Assembly (NCBI GenBank): GCA_905331295.1
Contig: CAJNYD010000345.1
Coordinates: 1-61,608 of the forward strand
Source: Rotaria socialis
Lineage: Eukaryota
Reading direction: 5' to 3'
DNA: 61,608 nt
Made by a program: the position numbers and the translations under genes. The notes below the pieces were generated by a model that was given only the letters and a program-made list of their open reading frames with translations, ran no database searches and was not told the origin of the DNA. Positions 29,023-42,381 of the stretch are shown here, one piece after another; within the stretch, counting starts at the first letter, position 1, and every line of letters starts with the position of its first letter.

Positions 29023-32000
29023 ATGATAAATGATGATCAAGTAAACAGAATCGGATTTATCTTTTTCAAACTCGAATCAAACATAGTTTTTAATAACAAC
29101 TTTCTTTTATAGCTTCAAATTTGTCTTTATCATCCTCATCCAAATCAATCTCATCGATATACACGTCAAATAATTCGAATAACTAATAAAACAACATGTC
29201 GAGAAGTTTTAACGCATTATGTACCTGATCCAAATACAGCTCGACTTGTCGAAACATGCCTTGGATTCGGTATTATATCAACAGATTTTCTTTTTTCTTT
29301 TTCGAGAAATTTTTTTTTATTATAAATAGCGAACTTCTTAAGACAAATAATCATAAATGAAAACCTTGGAATATTTTCTTTTTGAATTGACCTGTTACAG
29401 ATAATGTCAAATGCATTTGTTTATTTATCTAGAAAGAGAGATTCTACCGGGTGACTTTTTATTCGATGTAATTACTCGCAATCAAGCCATAGAAGAATTC
29501 AAGATTGTTATACGACGTTTACACGGTATGTTAACCGTACTTTTTCTTGCTGAGAAATAACCTCGATCGACTGATTACATTAAATATAATAAGAACAATA
29601 AGTAACAGCTTTTTTCTTTTCCTTTTTTTCTTGTTCTTCTCTCAAGTGAGTTCCTGCTCTTCGCTTGAACATAGAATGTATTGTTCTTTCCTTTTTTTTC
29701 TCTTCTGTATTATGATCGTCGCCATCGAACATAAGATCAGTAGTAGCATTTATGTATATGTTCGGAGTGGATGAATGACGAGAGAAAAGAAATGGGAAGA
29801 AAATGTTTGACCCTTCTATCGTCGTCGTACATACGTTTACCTTGTTGTTCTTCTTCTCTTTTTTGAGACAACAACAACCATCATCACGCTCATCGACGAC
29901 GAACAACGATGCGCTCTCCAACGCTCAATAATAATCATTCATCACCACACGATACGAACGCCAATCAACAACAACAAACTAATGGAAATGGAGTAATTTT
30001 AAAATAATTTATCTCGCATTAGTCATTTTTCAAACCATTCTTTTTTGTATTTTTTTTTAGTTTGCTATAAGTAGTTTATCAATGGATCTATCACTATCTG
30101 AATTACAAGAAATGGCAGCAAGACAACAACAACAGATTGAACACAATCAACAGCTATTACTTGCACGTGAACAACGTCTAAAATATCTTAAACAACAAGA
30201 ATTAAAACAACAGCAAACATCACACGATAGTTTACGTCTCAAACGTCTAAAAGAACATGTTGAACAACAAGAAATTAAACATTTACGTTTAAAAACTCTT
30301 CAGAATCAAATAAATCAACAGAGAAATTCAAATTCAACACTTGGTTTGTTTGAAAGAAAAAAAAAGTGAAAGATGATTTTTTTTTATTGTAGCAAATGAA
30401 TTGGAAATTTTAAAGCAAATATTTTTCGACAAAGAACACGAATTAACAATTGCATTAAACAAAGTTGATGAATTAACAAAGCAACTTGATCAATTGAGAA
30501 AAATAAAAATTACAACGAATAAAGAACAATCACAAAATAAGAATGAATTAGATAAATTAAAACAAGAATTAATGGTAAATTTTTGCTTTTTATTTAAGTT
30601 GAAATTGTTTTGTTATATTAACTTAAGATCCGAAATAAATTAAATGAACAACAAAGTCGAAAGATAGCTTATCAACGTGAAGTTTATGCATCGAAACAAG
30701 CCGAATTAAATCAGTTAGATCGTCGTATAGAAGAACTTCAACAGCGGTTAAAAAAGAAACGTATATTAATATCGAATCGTACGAATATGGCAACACCATC
30801 GATGACAACATCTCCAACAACAACAACAACAGCAACAGCAGTTGTTGAACCTTTTACTTCAACAGCTGGCTATCGTACTGCTTTTGATACTGTGCAAGAT
30901 ACTTTAAATAACGTTAAAATTGCCGAAATCGAAAAGCGTATGGTACAATTAGCAAATTCATTTAATGCTACATCATCATCATCTCCTACCAATATCAATG
31001 AACAAATTAGTAGTTCAAATAGCCCAAAAAAGGTTTGTTATTATCTCAATAGTTGTTGAAACAATGATGCTAGATAATGAAAGAATACATCCTATTTAAC
31101 TTTCATTCAAGTGTTTTACATACTATTAAAAGATTATGCTCAAGTATTTCAAAGAAAACCAGAAAAAGAAAATAATCTTCACTACTCTCTCTATATTTAA
31201 ATTTTTGATGAAAGAAAACCTATTCAAAAGTTTACAGTTTATATCCTTAAAAATATTTATGTGATCAACGCAGGAAAAATATTTTAACTTAAATTGGTGT
31301 TTTTTTTATTTGTTTGATTATTCAACGATAAGAATAAATTAAATCAACTGGAAGATCAAGTGTTCTTCGTATAATATGTAAATTATACATACTTCGAATA
31401 CGTATTTTACATAAATAAGTTAAACTAACATGTTTTCATTGATCTTTACTTATTTAAAAAGAATTTTTGAGCAATATCAATTGAATGTAACATCTATCGT
31501 AGAATTCTACTGAATATATCATTGACTAATTACTCAGCTTGTGAGCTCTGTCAACAGAAATGTGCTCTATTTACTTATACCGTAACAAGATACAAAAAAG
31601 TTAATTTTTTAGATCATCAGATATTTTCAAATATCTGTTAATATAAATCAAGAAAAACTGAGATTGAATGAATTTTTTCTGGTATTCGTACAGATTAAAT
31701 AATGGACATTCATGAGACTAAAATTATTTGTTAAAAATATTTATATTAATTATTTTGAATTAGGAAAAACAAACGTTTATATTTTGTTTTTATCTATAGA
31801 CTAATGGCATGTCATCATCAAATTCACAATCTAAAATAGCATTTGCATCGAAAAGTGAAATAGCAGCAACATATATGGCTCGTACATCAAATCAATCAAT
31901 ATCTCCTTCATTATTAAATAGAAAAGCAACAGATATAATCGATAGTACAACTAAAACAGAACAACAATTATTACCACCCAATCTTCGATTAAATGATGAC

Positions 32001-35000
32001 ATACTTTCTGTACATTTTAATAATGTTACATCAACAATAAAAAAACGCCATTCATTATCAGATCCAGCAGATTCCTTAATAAAATATCTTTCATCAAATG
32101 TTTCATCCAATAATAATAACAATAATAATAATATTCAGACTCAAGCAATTCAAGTTCGTGATGATTCATCAAATCAATTATTAACTGATACGAAAATTTC
32201 ACCTGTACCAACAGTAGTTGCCTATGAAAATCTTATTGATATTCAAACAAATCTTAACAATAAATTAGATGAAGAACAACAATTAGATCCTGACGAACAT
32301 CAAATAATGATTGAATCCATGATGTCTGATACAGAATCTGAAGGTGAGCATTCCGATGGTATCGAATCTGCTATATCATCACCAAGAACAATTACAACAA
32401 CAGCTACGACATCTTCTATCAATCTTAAATCATTACTAAAAACTTCAACAACACCAAAAAATTTAACAAGACGTGTTATGTTCGATCCATTGGCACTTCT
32501 TCTTGATGCTGCTGTTGTTGGAGAACTTGATCTTGTTATTAAAGCTGCTAAACAGGTGAATCATACATTTGAAAAAGAAAACAATTCGTTTTTTTAAACT
32601 TTCAAGTTTGTTTAGGTTGAAAATCCAAGTCAACCGAATGATGAAGGTTTAACAGCATTACATAATGCTGTTTGTGCATCAAATTTTGAGTGTGTCAAGT
32701 TTTTAGTTGAATTTGGTTGTGATATTAATTTTGCTGATAATGATGGATGGACACCATTGCATTGCGCTGCATCTTGTAATAATACACCTATGGTTCAATT
32801 TTTAGTTGAACATGGTGCTTGTATTTATGCAACAACTATTCGAGATAATGAAACAGCTGCTGAAAAATGTGAAGAAGAAGAAGAGAATTATGCCACTTGT
32901 TCACAATATCTTTTATGTAAGTTATACAAAAATATTTCATCGGGATAAATGCTAATTAAAAACGAAAGGCATTGAAAAATACATGACAAAGGTCGAATGA
33001 AAAGAGAGAAGAGATTTTGATACATTCACGTCGCACATTATGTTATAGTGCTGAGAACTGATTTCGATCACCTCATCCTAATATAAATCCAATATATCGG
33101 TATATGTATAGTCATAATAAAAGTTTATTTATCAATTTTTTAATGAGATTAATGTCAATTTTACATAAAAATTTTGATTCAAGTAAAATCTTGGATTGTT
33201 CTGTTCTCTTCTATGATAGCCTCTAGATCAAATAGATTATTTTAGCAAAATGAATAAAGCATAACTATTCAACTATAGTATGTCATTGATTTTAACTTGT
33301 TACAATAGAAAAAAACTGAACGAGTTTCAGTATTTTTGACCACAAATACAAAATTAGTCGATTGATGAATTATTTTCTAAGTTGAACATCTCTTTTCTGC
33401 TTAAAATTAGAAATTATAGTCATCATAGATCTGTTCAGCAGCTCGTGAAATGTTACACATTTGTTATTGATAATAATTTCCAACGAAATTTTATAGAAAA
33501 TTATGTTTATTCAGATTAATTATGAAAAATAAAACGCATTGTAAGTTCTCGACAGTTCATAAAAATTCTCACAGATGATTCTTCCGTAATTTTATAATTT
33601 TAATAAAAGATAATAGAAAAACATGATCATCATTGAAGTAAATAACGATTTATCATACATTTGACCTCAATCTCTATCTTATTCATTAAAATTTATGTAA
33701 CATTTGAACAACAGACAAAGAAAGATTATTGCCTAGAGATATATGAAGAATCAAAACTATCTTGATTGTTTTTTCTTCTTCTTTCTGATTATTATCTATT
33801 GACTTGATGTTGAACTGTTGAACAATGATCATTTTCCCCATAGTGAATTCGAAAGGAAAGAATGATTATTTATATTTCCAATAAATGGATTTTTTTAGAA
33901 AAGGTAACTGAATTTATTCCTTCTCTGAATCAGCCTTAAAACCGGTATTTTATTAATGATCAGGCTTTTTGAAAATGAGTCCCATTTGAAATTTGTATTT
34001 AATCAATTGATATTATTATTAAACGTACGTATTTTATTATTTAGTTGTACAAAATGATTTGGGTGTAATAAATAATGGTTTAGTTTATGGTTTATATGAT
34101 TTTGAACCCAGTAATTCATCGGATGATGCCAAATATAACGAACTTACATTCAAAGATGGTGATCAATTGAGGATATTAAGACGTGGCGATGAAAATGAGA
34201 GTGAATGGTGGTGGACCAGACATGAAACTAATCAACAAGAAGGATATGTGCCACGAAATTATCTTGGAGTATGTGATAACAATTTTTATATTTTTTATCG
34301 GGTGATCCAGGTTGAATGTTCCTTTCAGTGTTTTTTCAGTAACTTCATCATTTTTATTCTCTAGGCCTTATTTCCCCCTCCCTCCCCCAAAAGATTCACC
34401 ATTCAATTCTCTACACGATTGATACTATCATTTTTCCTGTTGAAAGTTGAGGAAAAAGATTAAGAAAAGAATATTCAACAAGTATAACAACATCAACTTT
34501 CAAAGCTGGAAAATAGTTTGTGCAGATTTTTTCGTTGGCCAGTGACGATAAAAATTAAACAATGTAGGTATTTTGTAGCCTTTGAAAAGTTCTATCTTCT
34601 GATCATAATTGAGAAGTTTCCACATTCAATCTTGTAATGCACACTCTAAGTATCTTCTCTGTCAGATTTGCGAGAATTTAGCTCTTTCACTCTGCAATTT
34701 CGATACTCCTAGGAAAAGAAGTGCAACAAAGCCAAAATATCATCTTTTGCATTCGTTTTTTTTTCATTTTGGTCGAAATGGCCTACTGTACCAAAGTCGA
34801 ACGTGAAATTTGAGTTTTAATTTTTTTAAGTTCATCTAGCGCCAAGTATCTGATTTAAACTATTTTGAAGAGAATTTTCAAAAAATCAGATTTTTCGATC
34901 TTCCGTTTGATTTCAACGAGTTCTGAGCTACACGATGAGAAAGAGTACACTTCAAAGTACTCAGTAACATCTTTGCTTCTGTTTCGTTCTGTGTGCCATT

Positions 35001-35316
35001 GTAAAACATTTGCAAGAGTTTGTTTTAAAAATCACTTTGAAAGTTGATGCTGTTATACCTGTTGAATATTCTTTTTTAATTTTTTTCCTCAACTTTCAAC
35101 GGAAAAAATTGTAATATCAATCTTGTAGAGAATTGAATGGCAAATCTTTTGGGAAAAAAAATAAGGTCTAGAAAATGAAAACAATGAAGTTATTGAAAAA
35201 ACACTGAGAGGGACATTTAACCTGGGTCACCCGATAAATTTAATTTAAATTTTTATTCTTACGATTAGCTTTATCCAAGAGTGCGACCAGGTTCAATGGC
35301 TTCTACTAGCTGTTAG
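29023..35316 (+). CDS. ASPP: ASPP family protein (TP53BP2/PPP1R13B-like): ubiquitin-like RA domain, coiled coil, ankyrin repeats, SH3
   Basis: N-terminal [11 protein letters not shown]...[13 protein letters not shown]; hallmark [25 protein letters not shown]...[20 protein letters not shown]; ankyrin repeats [13 protein letters not shown] and [16 protein letters not shown]3 ELTFKDGD...EWWW...[15 protein letters not shown]. Confidence 0.94.
34298..35234. mobile_element. 937-bp non-autonomous Tc1/mariner-type element with ~210-bp imperfect TIRs, in the last ASPP intron
   Basis: TA|TCGGGTGATCCAGGTTGAATGT...ACATTTAACCTGGGTCACCCGA|TA. Inverted similarity continues to ~34505 and ~35035. TA flanks both ends. 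No transposase. Confidence 0.88.
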
Positions 35317-35617
35317 CGCCGTTAATTGCTGTGCTTTTTCTTTGTTTTCTTTTGTTCTTGTTTCTCTATTTCTCAGGATTTTCTTTCTGTACAAATCATA
35401 ATCATGATGTGGTCATTTTGTTTTTCTAAATATTAGCTGCGACAAGCATCATTTTCTTTGTGCATAATTTGCCTTTTTGGTTTGTTGATTTGGTTGTTTC
35501 TTTTTACTTTCTTGAATCAAAATTCTAATAAAGAAATATTTAGAAAAGATAAGATTTTAATATTTGCATTGCTTTTTTTTACGAAATAAATCTTTATAGA
35601 AATAAAAAAAAATAACA

Positions 35618-38192
35618 ATGAGAAAAGAATTAACAATAAAACAAGATGACTTTTGGCGTTTAATCAATCGAGAACAGTTTCTTTTGTTTTATTTTGATGC
35701 TCGTCTACGATATCGCATACGTATGTATTTGGATTTTTTTAATTTCAAATTAATAAAAGAAACTAGTTTCGTCATTATTCAGCTGCAACAACTACTGAAT
35801 ATGTTTACGTGCAAGTTCATTGTGATGATAAAACTATCGGTGAACATGCTGAAGTAAGGATATTTTTTGTTTTTTGAAAACAAAACAAATGACTAATGAT
35901 CTTTTTTAGCAATATATTTTATCTTATATCGAACCAAAACACACAAAATCAATACCTTATCCGCCTACATATAAACAAGTTTTATGTGATAATGAATTAC
36001 TGAATCGTCTGATGAAAGAATATTTAGTTCATATTGAAATTGAAGATAAAGCTCAATCACATATGCTCGTATTTCATTCAACGACATTGACAGTTTTATT
36101 TTTAGCGATAGATGATTTTCGAAAAGCTATATCAAATGTTCTTGTATCTGATGAATCAATCATAACGGAAACGGAAACAGTATTAGAATCTTTAACAAAT
36201 AATTTCGAGCAACACTTCACAACCGTTGATGAGCAAGATCGACGAAATGAAGAAATACGACAAGATAACAACGATAATCAACAACAAAAACAAAGTGGTT
36301 TCCCTTCTTATTCTAGACAAGAGCCACAATTAAAGATTCCTTTTCCTGGCGCTGAGTAAGTTACAGCCGTAGCTAGGTTAACAAACGTTTTTTTTTCTGT
36401 ATTTATTCTTAGATCAAACGCTCATGAGACTGATATAACCGCCCTTATTGTTCCAACTAAAAGGAAACATAATACAATTGCTCCTCACCATAATAACCGC
36501 CCACAAGCATCTGATATAAATGATAATGAGCTCGTACGTGAAATGTATCAAAAATTAAAAGGACGAAATTTACGTGATGTTGTTATTGATGGCGCAAATA
36601 TTGGAAGAACGTAAGTTTTCTATTGCTCAGCTTTTTTAAATTAACAAGAATATTCAATAAATGATGATATCAACTTACTATAGGAATACGATATCTTTCA
36701 TATTAAAATCTGATTCAAATGTTCTCGCAATGTTTCCTCATAGAAATAAACGTCGAAATCGATTGAATAAACCAATAGTCGAGTCAAGATGTTGGACTAG
36801 ATACGAATAGAAGGGACTGAGTCGACATTAAAAGTAAAATAGATCTTTCAGAAAATCTCGTTAAAGACGGTTCAAAGATCCGACGGGTGGATAAAAATAC
36901 TCTTCCCATCTCTGACTAAGCCAGCTGACTAATGGGCTTGTAAAGTATTTTGTTGAGTGTTGACTTTGAATCACAAATTTAACTCTGGCATCCTGTAGGC
37001 ATGGTGCATAAAAAGAATTTTACAAAAGATTAGTTTTTCTCAATTAGATATACGTTTTAATTCTATTCTTAAAGGGTACATCAGGAGAACGTATTACGAC
37101 CAGCAAGAAACACAATCAAGAGGATATTTGAAAACAAAAGTGTCTATTTGATTCCGAACGCTGATTCATAAAATAACAGGTCACAACACTACTCTTTGAC
37201 ATTTCGTATAGTCAACAGTGTTATTTTATAGGTTTCTAATACTATTTTGTAGCTCATTTCAACCTCTATCATTTCGGATAGAAGAACAAAGTATACGTAT
37301 ATTTTCGAGATGAGTTTGCATCGAACATCATATCATTTTTGTTTTTCTTTCATTTCTTTCTGAGATTGTGCATCTCACAATAAGTTCTATTAAGTCATAT
37401 TATTAGTACTCTAGTTGATGTTAGCATTTCTAAAATTAAAACAATTGACTCTTTTCAACCGTTGAATATAGTGTACACATAAAAACCATTGGTTCGTTCA
37501 ATCGATTGCGACGTCTATTTCTATTAGGAAACATTTCGAGAGTATTTGAATAGGATCTTGCTCTGCAACAAAATAATACTATCGTTATGTACTAAATTTT
37601 CAATTATTCATCGGTGTTATTTGATCTATCGCTTTGTTTAGATATGGTGATTCAGAATTTTCTGCACGTGGTATAAAATTAGCAGTGGATCTATTTCATT
37701 CGTATGGTTATCCGGATTCAAAAATTGTTGTTATTGTACCAGCACATTATTTATCAAAAGATAAAGAGCATATTTTTCCAAATTTAATTCAGCGAAAGAT
37801 AGTTCATAAAGCATTTCAACAAAAAATTGATGATAAAAATAAACGATTTTATGATGATAGGTAAAACATATTGAAATTTTATTTTAAATACAAGTAAACT
37901 TTGTTTTTCGTTAATAAAAGATTAATTGTTGATGTTGCTGTAGTACGTAAGGGTATTATTTTATCGAACGATTTCTATCGTGATCTGCTTGCAGATTCAG
38001 GTGATGCTGTACGTAAAACTATTCGAGAAAGGTAATTTATCTGTTTATGAATTGAAACATTACAGTATTTTCTTTGTTGATTTTATTTTTCTTTCTAGAT
38101 TATTATGTTATCGATTTATTGGAGATAATTTATGTTTGCCTAATCCAGTTTCTGAAGGAGGTTTACCGCTTGACACTTTTCTGTCCATGTGA
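35618..38192 (+). CDS. N4BP1/KHNYN-like ribonuclease: N-terminal KH-like region plus C-terminal NYN/Zc3h12a-type PIN domain
   Basis: PIN motifs LRDVVIDGANIG, FSARGIKLAVDLF, FYDDR, GIILSNDFYRDL and RLLCYRFIGD. The N-terminal HAEQYILSYIEP....PYP resembles N4BP1 AKEYIKGICEP....CYP. About 8 exons; first exon less certain. Confidence 0.85.
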
Positions 38193-38387
38193 GTTTTTCA
38201 TGTCGTCTTATTTTGTTTATTGATAAATAAAATATTTTACATACTTTTGTTCAACAGCTGTTTTTACTCAGAGAAACATTTTTCCACGTACTATTTTTTT
38301 TCCCCCGAAAGCAATATACTTAAACTTGATGATTATTCCTTCTTTTAAGTGACACTTTCTGTATGACGATGCTGAAATGCATTGTAA

Positions 38388-39770
38388 TTAGATAGTCGAT
38401 AGTGATGGTTCACTTTTAGTTGACGAGGATTGCTTTTCAGCAGGAACACTTTGTGTATTCGGCAAAGTCTGTTGCACATGAACGGTTTCAGAAGATGGTT
38501 GTAAAGATATTTGATGAGTCGGTATAGGTAGATATTGTACTGGAGGAACCATGGAAGTTTGTGCAGGAATTTGAGCAGCAGAAACCAATGAAGTTTGCAG
38601 TGGATATTGATGAAAAGAACTGGTCTGAGCTTGTGCAGAAGTCGACTGGTAAGAAGGAGCAATGAAATTTTGTACAGAAGATAGTTGAATAGAACCAGTT
38701 TGAGGTTGCACAGGAGGATATTGGTAAGCAGATACGACCGAAGTTTTTGCTGGAATATGATATGCAGAAACTAAAGACGGTTGTGAAGGCAATTGTTGAG
38801 TAGAAGTAGTTTTAGGTTGTAAAGAAGTAGACTGATGAAGAAAAGCTTGTTGAGGAATTCGATAAGCAGAAATTGTTGAAGACTGTCCAGGAGACTGATG
38901 CAGGAAAACAGTTGGAAGATGCGCAGCAGATCTACGTACGGTAAAGACTGGAGGTTGTGCAATAGATGGATGAAGTGAAGCTGCTGAACTTTGTCGAAGT
39001 GATTCATATGACGAATCGGGTAAAATTTGTGGCGGACCAAATTGGGATAGTCTTCGTCGTACTTTTATACGATTTCCTGATGAAGCTATTGGATTCTCTG
39101 TTGCACTTGTATTCCTATGAAAATTATGCTGCTGTTGTGTGTTTAATGGAAGAGATTCATTCAGTAGCAATGAATCTGTTGAAGGTGTCAATCCGATTGC
39201 ATTAGTTTTGCGCCAAAATGCATTTGGTTGATTTCTTTTTATTAATGTAATCGGAGTTCCTAATCTAGGTATATTTGATCTATTGTCCATATGTTCATTG
39301 CTTTGTTGTTCTTCATCAGAATAAACTTCATCATCGTTATCCTCCTCCTCCTCCTCTTCCTCCTCCTCCTCTTCCTCGTTATCATAATCATCGTCATCGT
39401 CATCGTTGCGTGGATTATGTCTCATTGGCATAGTCGATGATTTTTTCTCGTACCATGACTTATTTGGCGTTGGTGTACGTGGTTTAACTAATACTTGCTC
39501 ATCGAAATTCACTGTCTTGTTAGTTGCTAATGGTTTTCGTTGTCTAAACAGATACCTGTCGTCTGTTTGCAGCGTTTCATAAGGATCAGTCTTTTTTAAT
39601 GCGCTTTTCATATAAGATGGTATAGGTGCTGTAGTAATCATAGTCGTTGGGGCAGTTCTCGTAAGTGGATAGCCTCTACCATCATATAATCGTTTAATCG
39701 GTATATGGTTTTGTGGTAAAACACTCGTCGATGGTTGTGTGCAACCCATTCTTGTTAAGCAACAATACAT
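38388..39770 (-). CDS. Hypothetical intrinsically disordered protein, 460 aa, with acidic tract, S/Q/P-rich repeats and candidate PP1-docking motifs
   Basis: Long uninterrupted ORF with KSALKK and KTVNF motifs, a poly-D/E tract and repeated SAY(R/H/Q)xP units. Confidence 0.75.
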   Translation of the reverse strand: MYCCLTRMGCTQPSTSVLPQNHIPIKRLYDGRGYPLTRTAPTTMITTAPIPSYMKSALKKTDPYETLQTDDRYLFRQRKPLATNKTVNFDEQVLVKPRTPTPNKSWYEKKSSTMPMRHNPRNDDDDDDYDNEEEEEEEEEEEEDNDDEVYSDEEQQSNEHMDNRSNIPRLGTPITLIKRNQPNAFWRKTNAIGLTPSTDSLLLNESLPLNTQQQHNFHRNTSATENPIASSGNRIKVRRRLSQFGPPQILPDSSYESLRQSSAASLHPSIAQPPVFTVRRSAAHLPTVFLHQSPGQSSTISAYRIPQQAFLHQSTSLQPKTTSTQQLPSQPSLVSAYHIPAKTSVVSAYQYPPVQPQTGSIQLSSVQNFIAPSYQSTSAQAQTSSFHQYPLQTSLVSAAQIPAQTSMVPPVQYLPIPTHQISLQPSSETVHVQQTLPNTQSVPAEKQSSSTKSEPSLSTI

Positions 39771-40630
39771 CTAGTATAAAATTGATAAAATAAAACCTAG
39801 AAAAAAATGATGTAAAAACAGTCAATTGAACATTTTATGGTATTAACTAGAACGAAAGATAAAATCAATGAGGTCTGTGGTTTGTTTTCTCCGTTGTACA
39901 TTTAAAAATAATCATAATTAAAATATCAAAACAAAGAAATTATTTTACTCAAGATCATAGTTACTAATCATTTTTGGTTTACTTGTTTTCGATTGATAAT
40001 GTCAAAGAAATAAGAATAATATTAGTGATATATGGATCAAAATTTTGCTTTTTCGTTCCTATTTTTTACCAAAAACCTTTTTCATCATACTAATGACTTT
40101 TATTATCTATCGCATATATGTGTACAAGGAATTCAACTTGAATATTTAAATCATCATGATACACATGATCAGTTATAACTAATGATACTTACTGACATGT
40201 TTTCTGTAATCATGAACGATATTCTCATGTAGTATTGTTGTTGACTAAAGTTACTATGTAGATGTGTACCAACAGTAATGAAATCGATCATAATTACAAG
40301 ATACTGTAGAGAAAAAAACATGCCATTTGTTGTTGTCAATCGGTTTTTTTCTTTTTCGGTGGTAACAACGACGAAATGAAATCTGAATTCAATTACAATG
40401 CAAATGAAAGAGTAGAGAAATAAAGTTTTTATTCTAATCAAAAGATTCTTTTTTTCCTTTTATGAAATAAAAACAAAAAAACACGCTTAAGCTCAACAAG
40501 ATATAACATAAAACAAATATAGTTTTTTTTTCTGTTTGTTTAAATATGCTTCTGAAGTGAATTATGGTCCGATCTAACTCCAACCATAAAAATTCAATAA
40601 AAATTGATTGGTTTTTATTTGTTTTCTAAG

Positions 40631-42381
40631 ATGATGAAGATTACATTTCTTGTTGTGTTGTTGTTTGTTTTAAAAAATGATGGACGACTCACGCGATATC
40701 AACGGCAAAGACATCGTTCTTTCCAATCGTCCGGAAAATTTCGTATTTCGCCAACTACCGGAGTTCGTATTGCTCTACCCAGTAAGTAATGGCCTATATT
40801 TTTTGCTAATTTTGCGTAAAACAAAATTTTGATCCGCTTTTTAGCACCTGAACAACTCATATGGCAATCTCAAGAATTAGGTGTATTAATTCATTTTAAT
40901 ATGGCGACATATCTGAGTGATGATGGGTGTACAGATCAAATTGTTCCAAATATTTCGTTATTTAATCCATACCTATTGAATACAAATAATTGGGTTCAAA
41001 CTATGGTTGATTTTGGTGCTAAATATGCTGTCCTTGTAGCAAAAGTAATAATTGGTTCGATTTTTCGAATATTTTTATCTTTAATGATAATAGCATGCAT
41101 GTGGCTTTCTTATGGCTCCGTCAGATATAAAATTTCCCTTGAGTCCATCAGGTGAAATCATTTCATACAATTATACTGTTGATTATTCGCCAGTACAAGG
41201 TATAGATATTCTTCAAGATTTTATACAAAGTTGTGAAGAACAACAAATACGCACTGGATTTTATTATACAGTCGTAACCAATACGTGGCTAAACGTCGAT
41301 AGTGGTTTTGTAAGTTAATATTTTTGCTTTGGTATCCTTGGTATTTACTTACAAATGTATTGCAAAATATCTATTAAGGTACAAAATCGTACATTAAAAC
41401 CAGGTCAAATAAATATAACTCAAGAAACATACGATAATATTGTTTTACAACAATTGAGAGCACTATGGACGAAATATGGTGCTTTAGATGAAATTTGGTT
41501 TGATGGAGGGTTCGTTTCGTCAATAAACGAACATTGAATTATTAATATGTCATTCTTTTCTATTGATCTAGATACACACAATCTTTAAAAGAGCCAATCA
41601 TTGCCTTACTAAAAGAACTTCAGCCTCAATCAATTGCATTCAATGGCTATGGTGTATCCTCGAATCCTGCTCGATGGATTGGTACTGAAATGGGTATTGC
41701 ACCTGATCCAAATTGGTCAACAGGCATAACGAATGATGGTGGTGATCCAAATAGTCCAATATTTTGTCCAGCGGAATGTGATACAACTCTTCAAGAACAT
41801 GATCGTTGGTTTTGGGTACAATTATATTGAAAATAATTAAGAATTTGTTTTGCTTTTGACGATCTTTTATTTAGGGCGTCAATGCAACACTGCGTTCACT
41901 TGAAGAATTAATTCAAGTCTATCATGAAACAGTTGGTCGCAATTGCTTATTGATGCTTGATCTTACTCCTGATCGAACAGGTCTCATTCCACCTGCTTAT
42001 GCACGTCGTTATAAACAATTAGGTGATTTCATTCGTTCATGCTATGGGACCTCCGTTGAACCTACGAAACGTCTTACATTAGATCATTCAAATATATATA
42101 TTCAGTTGTTTGATTCATCACCAGTTACAATTGATCGTTCCGTTATTCAAGAAGATCAAACAAACGGTCAAGTCATACGTGCGTATACTGTTGATGTACA
42201 AATAGTTAATACAACAGATACAAATCAATGGTTTACAGTAGCGCAAGGCACAAGTATTGGTAATAAGAAAATTGATGTTTGGCAAAGAGGACTACAATTA
42301 ATCAATGCCGTTCGACTAACGATTACGAAGTCTGTTGATCGACCTGTAATTAAATCATTTACTGTTCATTTGTGCAGTTGA
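40631..42381 (+). CDS. Secreted alpha-L-fucosidase, GH29 (bacterial/plant-type subfamily) with C-terminal beta-sandwich domain; 6 exons
   Basis: Signal peptide MMKITFLVVLLFVL; PTPEQLIWQSQELGVLIHF; VAKHACGF; nucleophile motif EIWFDG; RWIGTE; PAECD; WFW; YHETVGRNCLLMLDLTPDRTGLIP; EDQTNGQVIRAY and GTSIGNKKI. Five GT-AG introns restore the frame. Confidence 0.92.
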
